DNA from: Candidatus Heimdallarchaeota archaeon
GTDB taxonomy: Archaea > Asgardarchaeota > Heimdallarchaeia > Heimdallarchaeales > Heimdallarchaeaceae
Direction: 5' to 3'
Length of the DNA stretch: 64,000 bases
Assembly: GCA_019057815.1 (NCBI GenBank)
Contig: JAHLWR010000015.1
Span: 1-64,000 of the forward strand
The notes under the pieces are model-generated. The model saw nothing but the letters and a program-made list of their open reading frames with translations. It did not search any database and was not told the DNA's origin. Below are positions 8,795 to 18,559 of the stretch, piece by piece (position 1 is the stretch's first letter; the number at the start of each line of letters is the position of its first letter). A program made the translations under genes and the position numbers.

Positions 8795-11077
8795 TTAAAT
8801 ATTTTTGCGTAACTTGAAAAAAATATCTAGATTAAAAATTCGAACTTTTTTTCTTTTTTCTTTATAAGATTCGCATGTAAAGAGAAGCATCACTGTACTC
8901 GATGAAACGATTGGAAGTGAATTTTCAATCCAATATGGTAAAGCTGGAGGATTATTACTTAGCATTTCATGCCATTCTTCATCGGTTAAACGGTTAGATA
9001 TCGGTTGAATAAATTCATAAAAAGAATAAGTTCCACCTTTAGTAACTCTAAGATTTCCTTCATCATCTTGAACTATAACATATATCGCAAAAGGATTTCC
9101 TGTTCCTACTTCTAGCACTTGATTTGTATTGGTATCAGTATGAACATCAGCTATTATTGCCATTCTCTTATCAGTATCACCTAGCCAAATCTCATAACTA
9201 GAATTGGTGAATGTTGTAATTTCTTCAAGCTCTTTACCTACTTTGTAAATAAAACTAATATCTTCTAGAGTAAAAGGTTGATTTTCTAATTCTTTAATGC
9301 TTAAATCGACCAAATTATTGAAAATCTCTATAGTACTATTAAGTCGATTCTTGAGATCATTAGATAACAGACCATAGTCATCAAATCCATATAACATTAA
9401 ACTAACAAGACTACTAAGACGACTGTATAGTTCAGGATAAGGTTCAACATATCCTGTACTTGATCCTCCACCTCTACCTGTATAGGATTGTTTACCATAA
9501 AGAAGTGAGTCATGTCTTAATTCAGCCCATGAACCTAAAGTTGTCATCAAAGCTTTATCTGTCCAAGTATCATTTAACATATAACCTGGATAACCTACAT
9601 CTGCAGGCTCAAGCAAAGGAAAGAGAGTATACAACCATAACCAGTAAAGATTCTGTGTCCAATCTAAAACTGTAAAATTTCCAAATTCTTTTTGCAATTT
9701 GAGGATTTGAGAACTGTAATCGGAAAATGTTTCATTTTCACCTTGGAGGTAATGACCAGCTCTAGCACTACCAAACACATAGAAGATATCAAATGCTTTT
9801 GGTATCAATCTACCTCGAACTTTAGAATGAACCAATTGTTGAAAAATGTAGGAATCAGGAATAAAACGTTGTCCCATCAATCTCATTCCTCTTGTATAAT
9901 CAGCTACATCTTGGGAATCACCAGTTATCATTGAAATGATACGAGGAGAAGGATATGTTTTTAGATTCTCAATAATATTTTTAATTAGGTTATCATCAGC
10001 TAGATTATTTCCCTCAGGTTTTCCGTAATGGACCCATAGTTTATAATATTCTACTACTGTTAAATCGTCACTTACACCAACAAAGAAAGAAGTAGGACGA
10101 TAGATACTCTCCCAATAATCCCATACCGTGTTGGTGTCTATAGTGCTATTAAAAGACGATATCAATAGCATAGCCATTCTTGTTTGTTCAATATTTTCTT
10201 CTTCTGTTAGAGTTTCACCTTGAATTAAGAATCCCATTCTTCCAACGTACATCATTGCTTTAAAATAACTGCCTAAAATCTCATTTCTAGTATAGTGTCC
10301 CCTGATTTTATATTGAGAAAAATCTTCTAAGTAACCAAAAATAGCTGAATATGCTTCAAAACCATTTTCAATATTTGTAAGTTCATCTTGTGTCATTTTT
10401 TTAACTTCAACTGGAATTGAATTAGAGTCATTTAGTAGTTTAAGTATAGTAGAAAGATAAGCTATATTTTTGTTCAAAGCAGTTCTTATATTCTCTTTTA
10501 GAAAAGGGGTTTTTTTGGCTTTTTGGTCGTCTCTTAGGGCTTCTATCATTTTTTCTAAGTTTTGATAAAAACTTTCCCCTTCCATTATTCGTAAATTCAT
10601 ATCATATAGAATATGATAAGTATGCAAACAGAGATCAGTTGTAATGTAATTTCCTCCACTTCCTGCTTCAGAAGCATCATAAAAAGCAAAAATGTCATCT
10701 TCACCTTCATCTCTTAAAACAAAACCATATTCTGCAAGGAGTTGCTTCGTTTCACTATCCAAATTATACGGAACTTCTGCTACATTAGACAAATCTGGTT
10801 CTATTTCTGTTGGGATAATAGATGGGGTAAAACTAATTGAATTAGGGGAATATAAGCCAAAAGGGGTCGCAATATCATTTTTTATCCTGAATGTACAAGC
10901 TGAACCATTCACTGATTCCGTTGCTACCCAACTTGTTTCCCAATCATAAGGATTATATTCTGGCCATTTGGATTCGAAATAAATTGGAACAGTGATTGCA
11001 GTTAAGATTATTGTTGATATAATCAAAGACAATGAAACACCTGCTAAGATGCTTTTTTGAGCTCTGTTTATTTTCAT
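8795..11077 (-). CDS. DUF3160 family membrane-anchored protein
   Basis: EDFSQYKIRGHYT, GQRFIPDS, LGSWAELRHD, GYVEPYPE, IIADVHT, RLTDEEW motifs; N-terminal TM. Confidence 0.85.
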   Translation of the reverse strand: MKINRAQKSILAGVSLSLIISTIILTAITVPIYFESKWPEYNPYDWETSWVATESVNGSACTFRIKNDIATPFGLYSPNSISFTPSIIPTEIEPDLSNVAEVPYNLDSETKQLLAEYGFVLRDEGEDDIFAFYDASEAGSGGNYITTDLCLHTYHILYDMNLRIMEGESFYQNLEKMIEALRDDQKAKKTPFLKENIRTALNKNIAYLSTILKLLNDSNSIPVEVKKMTQDELTNIENGFEAYSAIFGYLEDFSQYKIRGHYTRNEILGSYFKAMMYVGRMGFLIQGETLTEEENIEQTRMAMLLISSFNSTIDTNTVWDYWESIYRPTSFFVGVSDDLTVVEYYKLWVHYGKPEGNNLADDNLIKNIIENLKTYPSPRIISMITGDSQDVADYTRGMRLMGQRFIPDSYIFQQLVHSKVRGRLIPKAFDIFYVFGSARAGHYLQGENETFSDYSSQILKLQKEFGNFTVLDWTQNLYWLWLYTLFPLLEPADVGYPGYMLNDTWTDKALMTTLGSWAELRHDSLLYGKQSYTGRGGGSSTGYVEPYPELYSRLSSLVSLMLYGFDDYGLLSNDLKNRLNSTIEIFNNLVDLSIKELENQPFTLEDISFIYKVGKELEEITTFTNSSYEIWLGDTDKRMAIIADVHTDTNTNQVLEVGTGNPFAIYVIVQDDEGNLRVTKGGTYSFYEFIQPISNRLTDEEWHEMLSNNPPALPYWIENSLPIVSSSTVMLLFTCESYKEKRKKVRIFNLDIFFKLRKNI

Positions 11078-11116
11078 ATTATCAAAATAAGGTATACAAT
11101 AAAGAATTATAAAAAC

Positions 11117-11152
11117 CTAGAACAAGAACAATTAACTTCTTTCTTGTTCTAG
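11117..11152. promoter_or_regulatory. Perfect 12-bp inverted repeat (putative operator) next to the DUF3160 TATA box
   Basis: CTAGAACAAGAA-N12-TTCTTGTTCTAG abutting TTTTTATAA (minus strand). Confidence 0.6.
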
Positions 11153-11167
11153 TTCTAGAACGAATAT

Positions 11168-11292
11168 TCAATTTGAACCTTTAATCCCATATTTATCACT
11201 TAGGTACTTATGTCTTAAGGCTATATACTTCTTTCTAACACTACTAGATGTGGGATGAATCTACTCTGTATTTTTATATGTATTCTGAGAAA
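11168..11292. repeat. Direct repeat copy B (truncated antitoxin start MGLKVQIEYSF* + promoter)
   Basis: Similar to 8015-8143. Confidence 0.9.
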
Positions 11293-11356
11293 TCCTCAAC
11301 ATAAACTTTTTTAAAACTAGTTTTTTCTAGTTGTTAAAATTTAGTGGTAAAGAACA

Positions 11357-12049
11357 ATGAACCAAATACCCATATTCTTTGATTTAGGCGGAACTATAAT
11401 AGATAATATTGAAATTGGAAGAAAAGCTTTCAATAAGGTATTTAACAAAAATTTCACTACAGCAGAAATTAAAACTATGTTTAATGATATGTCGAAGAAA
11501 ATAACTGTGAGATCTCTTTTCAAGATTCCAATTAATCCTATTAAAATGATTACTAAACGAAAAGAATTTTCTCGATTACAGAATCAATATATTCTTTCAG
11601 AAGGGAAGTTGTTTCAAGGTACAAAGGAATTTTTACTTAAACTCAAATCAAAAAAAGAAATAGTATTAGTAATAGTTACTCAAAATCCACAATTTAAAGA
11701 TCAGGAATTTGTTGATAAACTGTTTAATAGATTATTTGAAGGAAACCACCCTTTTGATTATGTCTTATCAAATAGAAACAAAATGGGTATTATTAAGGAA
11801 TATTTTGAATCAGATGACATCTCTAAAGCTCTATTTATAGGAGATTTACCTAATGATATGAACATTGCTAAGGAACTTCAAATCCCTGGTGTTGGAGTTG
11901 CTTGGGGATATGCTGCTGGGAAACTGGATACTCCGTTCATTGTTGAAAGTTTCGACGAGTTGTACGATCTAATAGAAGAACATCTTCATTCTCTAAAGGC
12001 TAAGGGTGTTGGTTTATTACAAAGAAATGTAAAAAAAGTAAGAAGCTGA
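11357..12049 (+). CDS. HAD-superfamily hydrolase
   Basis: FFDLGGTIID motif I, FIGDLPND motif IV, GVAWGY. Confidence 0.85.
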   Translation: MNQIPIFFDLGGTIIDNIEIGRKAFNKVFNKNFTTAEIKTMFNDMSKKITVRSLFKIPINPIKMITKRKEFSRLQNQYILSEGKLFQGTKEFLLKLKSKKEIVLVIVTQNPQFKDQEFVDKLFNRLFEGNHPFDYVLSNRNKMGIIKEYFESDDISKALFIGDLPNDMNIAKELQIPGVGVAWGYAAGKLDTPFIVESFDELYDLIEEHLHSLKAKGVGLLQRNVKKVRS

Positions 12050-12098
12050 CATTTTAATGATAGAAAATTATTATAAAGCATTATGTAAGGATTAGTCA

Positions 12099-13091
12099 AT
12101 GATTATTTCTACTGTAGGTAGCCACTCAGCTCTACAAATTCTACACGGAGCTAAGGAAGAAGGTTTCAAAACGCGTGTTTATGTAATTAAAGGCCGAGAA
12201 GATTTGTATAAACGCTATCCTGTTGCTGATGAGATACATACCCTTGAGAATTATGATGAAATGTTAGAAATTAATGATGAAAACACTATTCTTATACCTC
12301 ATGGAACTCTTATTTCTACTTTAGGTGAAAGAGTCGTCGATATTCCTTTGAAAATCTTTGGTAATCGTCAAGGGATGATTTGGGAGATGAAACGTGAACT
12401 CAACCTAGACTTACTGGAAAAGGCAGGTATACGAACCCCTAGAACATTTTCTCCAGCTGATATTGACACTTTGTGTATAGTTAAATTTCCTGGTGCTAAA
12501 GGGGGAGCTGGATACTTTCTATGCTCAACTCCTAAAGAATATCAACAGAAGTTACAGGATTTGATTGCCCAAGGAAAAGTCTCTGCAAATGATGTTGAAA
12601 ACGCTCAAATCCAAGAATACATTGTAGGCGTAACTATGTACCCTCATTATTTTTACTCCCCTTTACAGGATAAAGTCGAAATGTTGGGGATAGACCGAAG
12701 ATACGAAACTAACGTCGATGCTTTAGGCAGGTTATCGATGGAAGATGCGTCAATTGATCCAACTTACACTGTTGTTGGAAATCAACCTCTAGTAGTTAGA
12801 GAGTCACTCCTTCCAAAGATTCTGGAATATGGAGATAATCTCAGAGAGATGTCAGAAAAACTCTTTTCTCCCGGTTTATTGGGTCCTTATTGCCTTGAAC
12901 TAGCCCTAACACCTGACGAAATTATAGCTTTTGAATTCACCAGCCGAATCGTTGCAGGAACAACTTTGTATGTCCAAGGATCTCCCTATTCTAAAATGCT
13001 TTATGGAGAAGATATGAGTATGGCTAAAAGAATAGCTAGAGAAATTAAGTTTGCAATAGATACGAATCGTCTTGAAGAAGTTTTAAGCTAA
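12099..13091 (+). CDS. purP: FAICAR synthetase PurP (ATP-grasp)
   Basis: GSHSALQILHGAKEEGF, VKFPGAKGG, GIDRRYE, VVGNQPLVVRESLL, RIVAGT. Confidence 0.92.
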   Translation: MIISTVGSHSALQILHGAKEEGFKTRVYVIKGREDLYKRYPVADEIHTLENYDEMLEINDENTILIPHGTLISTLGERVVDIPLKIFGNRQGMIWEMKRELNLDLLEKAGIRTPRTFSPADIDTLCIVKFPGAKGGAGYFLCSTPKEYQQKLQDLIAQGKVSANDVENAQIQEYIVGVTMYPHYFYSPLQDKVEMLGIDRRYETNVDALGRLSMEDASIDPTYTVVGNQPLVVRESLLPKILEYGDNLREMSEKLFSPGLLGPYCLELALTPDEIIAFEFTSRIVAGTTLYVQGSPYSKMLYGEDMSMAKRIAREIKFAIDTNRLEEVLS

Positions 13092-13200
13092 GGAATTCAA
13101 CCGACTAAAACCGTTTTGTATTTAAAAGCCTTGAAACACACAAATACTACCGACAAAAACATAACAGAAAGAAATAAAAAGAGTAAAAATAAAGAAGGTT

Positions 13201-13253
13201 TACGAAAGACTCAGGCTTATGTTCTTAGAGGTTTTCAGCTCGAGCCTTTCGTA
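13201..13253 (-). terminator. 17-bp stem-loop between convergent purP and histone genes (3' UTR hairpin / bidirectional terminator)
   Basis: Minus-strand UACGAAAGGCUCGAGCU...AGCCUGAGUCUUUCGUA pairs at 16/17 positions using two G-U wobbles; U-rich tracts on both sides. Confidence 0.6.
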
Positions 13254-13280
13254 TTTTTTTCCATTTTTTTCGTGAAACTC

Positions 13281-13475
13281 TTAAACATCCTTAGAGGATA
13301 ATGTCTTGCGGTTGTTCATTTTTGTTCGTTTAGCCGCGTCTTTGATAAGACCAACAACTTCTACATTCAATCTCTCGATGAAATCAGAAGAGACATTGTA
13401 TTCTCCTAGTCCTTTAATATATTCACGAACTTTGGATTTGACCAATAATATATCTACAGATTTACCTTTTGCCAT
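13281..13475 (-). CDS. Histone-fold protein with short alpha3 (face-to-face / HTkC-like class)
   Basis: LLVKSKVREYIK...NVSSDF...AAKRTKMNNRKTLSSKDV; RKT...D motif; GAGGT RBS and TTTAAATA TATA upstream. Confidence 0.85.
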   Translation of the reverse strand: MAKGKSVDILLVKSKVREYIKGLGEYNVSSDFIERLNVEVVGLIKDAAKRTKMNNRKTLSSKDV

Positions 13476-14333
13476 AATTTATTACCTCTTTGTTGTAAGG
13501 TACTTAAAATGTACTTAAAGTCATATTTAAAGTTTAGTGGTAAATCTGCTCTCTTCTTGATTCTTTCTCGTTTTAGAAATCACAACACTCGATAATCTTC
13601 GAGAAATGGTGCCTAAAGCCTTTTTCCGACAAAAAACATTTGAGTTATTAAGACTTTATTTGTTATTTTAACGAAAACAATAGTTTAAAGCGTTTTTGAT
13701 TTTCTGGTTCTCCTCAAATATGCTCTTTTCTTCAATCTTAAAGCGTTTTATAGATCTCTAAAAATTTTCTTTTATTCTGTTACTCAAAATTGGGTTTCAG
13801 AATTGTGTGTAAGGCATACAGACCATGCATTACTATTTTGTTAAATTCCTATGAAATATGCTACGTAGAATGATGAAAAAAACTAGCCTAAGTAGTATTA
13901 GGTTAACAGATAGTTTTGTAAGGGATTCTTCTTGTTGAAAAGAAAACTTCGACATAGGGTCAAAAGATAGTTTTATGGGGGTTGTATCTATGACATGAAT
14001 TTTGTACAAATCCTTTAGAAGTGCTTAGGGCACATCATGGGGACGCCACATATCCTCCTACACTGCCCACATCTTCTCATGAAAATGCTTACGGTTTCGC
14101 TTTTGGGTTTTTGTTGGATGTAGACCCGAGGATCACCATGCAGTTGGTGCATATCTACAATCCTTCAAAGGATAATCGATACAATCCTATATCAACACCA
14201 AAAAATGTACAAAAAACTGCTTATGGAAACGCCAAAACTGATTCAATAAAATAATTTGAAGAATTTAAAAAATATTAGAAACTCTGATTTCGTTTTAGGT
14301 TAAATTTAAAAACTAAAACAGACAATCTAAGAT

Positions 14334-16028
14334 ATGTCACGAACTGGTGGAAAATTGATTATTCTTCTGCTCTTGTCTACATATACAATTAATAATTATC
14401 AATTAGAGGCAAAAATTGAAGGTTTTTTCTACTCGTCTCTAGTGAATAATGCCCTTGAAGACCATGCAGCAATCGATATAAATAGCGATGGAGATTTTGT
14501 TTCTCTTGGTTTACCTGGAACTGGAACAAAGGAAGATCCATACAGAATTGAAAATTACAATATAACAGAAGAACAAAGTTTTAGTGGGATTTCTGTTTCA
14601 GGAACTACAAAGCATTTTATCATTCAAAACTGCTATATTAGCTCAACATTGTCAGGAATAAGCCTTTTTTCAGTAGAAAAAGGAACATGTAAAATAATTA
14701 ATAATACAAGCATAAATAATCATTATTCTGGTATAAATATTCTTTATAGTGCATCTGGTATAGAATTAATCAATAATACTTGTATAAGCAACAATTTTTA
14801 CGGAATTGAAATTGCTTCATCGGATTCAGTTTTACTCAACAATACTTGCATTCAAAATAAAAAAGAAGGAATTGTTTTATCTAGCTCTATTGGAACTATT
14901 CTTACCAATAATCTCTGCGATGATAATGACTATAACGGCATACTGATCTCTGAATGTTACAGAATTACTCTCAAAAATAACAGTTGTATCAACTCCTATT
15001 ATAATGGTATAAAATTGGATAATTCAGATTCTAGTACGCTCACCGGTAACACCTGCTCTAATAACGTTGGAGATGGAATATATCTATTTGAATGCTCAGG
15101 AGTTAGTATCATAGATAATCTCTGTTATAGAAATAACTATGGTGTTAGAATATGTTCTTCATCGAGTTCTAATATTTCACAAAATACTTGTTCTGATAAT
15201 GATCGTGATGGAATCTGCTTATGGGATTCTTCTCAGTCTTTTTGCTCATATAATTTATGCTCAAATAATCTTTATTCTGGTATCTCTCTGTATATAGGAA
15301 CATATTCTTGTACTCTAAATCTTAATTATCTTAAAGACAATGCAGATTACGGTGTTTATTTAGGAACGAATACAGAAGGCAATTCTATTTATCACAATAT
15401 ATTCCAATCAAATATAGGAGATAATTCTCAAAGCTATGATAATGGCGTTAATAACAATTGGTATACTGGATATTCCAAAGAAGGCAATTACTGGTCAGAT
15501 TGGATAGGTTATAGGTATTATGATATTGACGGAAATGCTAATAGAACAGATCCCTATCCAATGGTGCTAAATTCTACGTTAGATATTGATGGTGATGGTA
15601 TGGCTGATAACTGGGAAACTAGAGTTGGACTTAATCCTTCGATTAATGATTCTTTATCTGACGCTGATGAAGATGGATTAACAAATATTGAAGAATATAC
15701 ATTGAGAACTCACCCTAAAAGAGAAGATACAGACGAAGATGGCATGCCTGATGGTTGGGAAGTACAATACACTCTTAACCCTTGTATCGATGATAGTGAA
15801 GATGATGCTGATGAAGATGGATTAACAAATGAGGAAGAATACAACTTAGGGACAAACCCAAGAAACCAAGATACAGATGGTGATGGTTGGACTGACAAAG
15901 AAGAAGCTGATAAGGAAAACGACCCACTCGATCCAGAAGATTATCCTGTTCCTTATTATTATCTAACAGGGATTCTAGTATTATTGGGATTAGCTTTTCT
16001 CAGAAGAAGGAAATCAAGAACTCCTTGA
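14334..16028 (+). CDS. Surface protein: NosD-like beta-helix + TSP3-like repeats + TM anchor
   Basis: GTGTKEDPYRIE, NNTC repeats, EGNYWSDW, DxDEDGLTN repeats, terminal TM + RRRK. Confidence 0.85.
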   Translation: MSRTGGKLIILLLLSTYTINNYQLEAKIEGFFYSSLVNNALEDHAAIDINSDGDFVSLGLPGTGTKEDPYRIENYNITEEQSFSGISVSGTTKHFIIQNCYISSTLSGISLFSVEKGTCKIINNTSINNHYSGINILYSASGIELINNTCISNNFYGIEIASSDSVLLNNTCIQNKKEGIVLSSSIGTILTNNLCDDNDYNGILISECYRITLKNNSCINSYYNGIKLDNSDSSTLTGNTCSNNVGDGIYLFECSGVSIIDNLCYRNNYGVRICSSSSSNISQNTCSDNDRDGICLWDSSQSFCSYNLCSNNLYSGISLYIGTYSCTLNLNYLKDNADYGVYLGTNTEGNSIYHNIFQSNIGDNSQSYDNGVNNNWYTGYSKEGNYWSDWIGYRYYDIDGNANRTDPYPMVLNSTLDIDGDGMADNWETRVGLNPSINDSLSDADEDGLTNIEEYTLRTHPKREDTDEDGMPDGWEVQYTLNPCIDDSEDDADEDGLTNEEEYNLGTNPRNQDTDGDGWTDKEEADKENDPLDPEDYPVPYYYLTGILVLLGLAFLRRRKSRTP

Positions 16029-16045
16029 TAGTATAAGGTAATATT

Positions 16046-16945
16046 TCACTCATCAAAATGGTTTGCTTGTTCTAGACTTTTGTAAATATTCCAACGTCTT
16101 TTTATGTGCTTTGCAATTACTTCTATTTCTTCATCTTTAATATGTATAAATCTCCCCTGTTTTAACAAAAATTCTTTTAATCCTGTAAACTCTGGTGTTT
16201 TATTTAGAGTTAATTTTCCTTTCTCGCATTCCATTAATATCCAATAGCCTGTTTTTACAGCTTCTTTGACTAGTTTTGGACCTATTTGCGAAGGTATTTT
16301 CCATCCTGAAGTACATACTGACAGCGCTTCTATATATCTGAAACCTTTCATATTTTTAGCTTTCTCAATTTTGCTAATGAAATCTTGGATATAAGCTGTT
16401 GACACTGTAGCAACATATGTAGCATCATGAGCCATTAAGATTCTGGGAATATCTTTTGGGAAATTAGGATTACCAATATGCCCGTTAATTATTGGCGTTG
16501 TATTAGACCACGAAGCGTATGGAGTTTGCCCTGAAGCTTGTATTCCAGTGTTTTCATAAGCTTGATTGTTATAACAAATGTAGAGTATATTTTCATCTCT
16601 TTGAGCTGCAGCTGATAAATCTTGCAATCCTATGTCCCCTGTTCCACCGTCTCCTGCCAACCCCATAACTACTATGTCATCTTTTCCTTGAACTTTTAGA
16701 GCTCTACTTATTCCTGTTAGAGTTGAAGCTGTATTCGAGAATTGCATATGGAAATACGGAATATCCCAGTTTAATTTTGGAAAAATGCTCCCAAACACGC
16801 TCATACAACTAGGGGGAACACTTCCTATTGTATTCTTCCCTAATATTCGCATGATGTTAATAGCTATGTTTGCTGCCATACATCCTGCGCAGGCTGAATC
16901 TCCACTTACATACAATCCTCTATCTTCTAAATCTTTCAGTCTCAT
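16046..16945 (-). CDS. porB: 2-oxoacid (pyruvate-type):ferredoxin oxidoreductase beta subunit
   Basis: ACAGC, GDGGTGDIG TPP motif, NQAYENTGIQ. Confidence 0.9.
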   Translation of the reverse strand: MRLKDLEDRGLYVSGDSACAGCMAANIAINIMRILGKNTIGSVPPSCMSVFGSIFPKLNWDIPYFHMQFSNTASTLTGISRALKVQGKDDIVVMGLAGDGGTGDIGLQDLSAAAQRDENILYICYNNQAYENTGIQASGQTPYASWSNTTPIINGHIGNPNFPKDIPRILMAHDATYVATVSTAYIQDFISKIEKAKNMKGFRYIEALSVCTSGWKIPSQIGPKLVKEAVKTGYWILMECEKGKLTLNKTPEFTGLKEFLLKQGRFIHIKDEEIEVIAKHIKRRWNIYKSLEQANHFDE

Positions 16946-18135
16946 TCTAGGATTCCTCTTGTATTGATGAATACTATTGGATCTTCAGGTTGCTTGTTGT
17001 TCATCTCGCTTATTTTTCTGAACATCGTCTTTATGTCCTTTTCCCTTATATCTCTTCCTCCTAGCCCAGCTATGAAATTAAGAATAGGTATAGTTTCACC
17101 ATAAAGAGCGTTTCTTACTTCTCCGAAAATTTGACCTGTTGATCCATAAGATAGGCTACGATCAAAAACTCCTATTGCTTTAATATTTACTAACATTTCT
17201 TTAATTTCATCCACAGGAAATGGTCTAAAGAATCTTAATTTTACCAATCCTACTTTTTCTCCCTTCTCTCTTAATGTGTCTACAACAATTCTGGTGGTTG
17301 AGACTGTCGTACCTACAACAACCAATGCATAGTCAGCATCTTCCATTCTGTATGAGTCAATTAAACCCCCATAATCTCTATCAAATTTCTCTGCAAACTC
17401 ATCATTTACTTCTTTAATAACCTTTTTCGCGTTCCTCATAGCTTGATGAAGTTGATATTTTGCTTCCATGTGATACTCAGGTGGAACTATTATTCCTTGA
17501 GCTAATGGTTTTTCTACATCCAGAAAAGCGTGTTTTGGTTCGTATGGAGGGAGAAAATCGTCTACATCTCTTTGACTCAAGATTTCAACTGTGTCTGCTG
17601 TATGTGTTAAAATAAATCCATCTCCACATACCATTATAGGTAGCAAGACCTTCTGATTCTCTGCAATTTTGTAAGCTTGAATTATCATGTCAAATACTTC
17701 TTGATTATCTTCAACAAAAACTTGTAACCAACAAGTATCCCTCTCAGGCATAACATCGGAATATTCAGGCCAGATTCCCCCTGGGCTCATCAACGTTCTA
17801 TTGGCAACGAACATCACGACAGGCAACCTCATACCGCCAGTTGCTGCGACGACTTCATGCATGTAAGCCAAGCCTTGACTGGCTGTTGAGGTGAAAGTAC
17901 GTACTCCTGTCCCTTCAGCTGCTGCTACAACTGTCATCGCTGAATGTTCACTTTCCACTCTTACGTACTCTGCGTCTAAATCTCCTGAAGCGCAATATTG
18001 AGCTAAAAATCCGACTATTGGAGTCTGAGGTGAGATCGGGTATACAGCTATTACTTTAGGTTTTGCCCTTACAGCTGCAATCGCTACAGCTTGATTTGCC
18101 GTTATCAAATCATCATAAGACTCTTTAGGAAGCAT
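16942..18135 (-). CDS. porA: 2-oxoacid (pyruvate-type):ferredoxin oxidoreductase alpha subunit
   Basis: YPISPQT, VESEHSA, TASQGLAYMHE, FRPFP, GLGGRD. Confidence 0.9.
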   Translation of the reverse strand: MLPKESYDDLITANQAVAIAAVRAKPKVIAVYPISPQTPIVGFLAQYCASGDLDAEYVRVESEHSAMTVVAAAEGTGVRTFTSTASQGLAYMHEVVAATGGMRLPVVMFVANRTLMSPGGIWPEYSDVMPERDTCWLQVFVEDNQEVFDMIIQAYKIAENQKVLLPIMVCGDGFILTHTADTVEILSQRDVDDFLPPYEPKHAFLDVEKPLAQGIIVPPEYHMEAKYQLHQAMRNAKKVIKEVNDEFAEKFDRDYGGLIDSYRMEDADYALVVVGTTVSTTRIVVDTLREKGEKVGLVKLRFFRPFPVDEIKEMLVNIKAIGVFDRSLSYGSTGQIFGEVRNALYGETIPILNFIAGLGGRDIREKDIKTMFRKISEMNNKQPEDPIVFINTRGILE

Positions 18136-18329
18136 TTGATATATCTCCGAAGTATCTGCTTACTTAAATATCACCATTCAATATTCATTTACACAGTTAT
18201 CTACTGATTATTATGTTTGGTTTTTTAAGTTTTGACCTCATTTTTACGATAAGATAATGAGGTTAAAATAGATTTTATAAATTCTATAGTTGTGAGATGT
18301 AAAAAACGGAAAGTTTAGTCTCTCTTTCC

Positions 18330-18482
18330 TCAGTCTTTTTTCTCTTCTTTGGGCTTTGTTGGAATTTTTCCTTCTAGTTTTGCTGCTACTTCATCAACAT
18401 CAGAACTACTCTCACCTGTTTTTTCGAAAAGCTCCTTTTTTAAGTCTTCGGGAATTTTTTTCTTCTCCTTTTCTTCACTCAT
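18330..18482 (-). CDS. Small charged 50-aa protein (not in ORF track)
   Basis: MSEEKEKKKIPEDLKKELFEKTGESSSDVDEVAAKLEGKIPTKPKEEKKD*; AGGTGA RBS and TTTTATTA box upstream. Confidence 0.6.
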   Translation of the reverse strand: MSEEKEKKKIPEDLKKELFEKTGESSSDVDEVAAKLEGKIPTKPKEEKKD

Positions 18483-18559
18483 AATTTTCACCTAAATTTA
18501 TCTAATTAGAATTTATTCTCTCTTAATAAAAGTCTTGTGTTAGCTTTTTTTCGAGTTTC

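Noticed and set aside
13850-14254. 77-aa ORF 14021-14254 and upstream broken frames
   Set aside because: No recognisable family, RBS or promoter; may be a decayed gene but cannot be supported.
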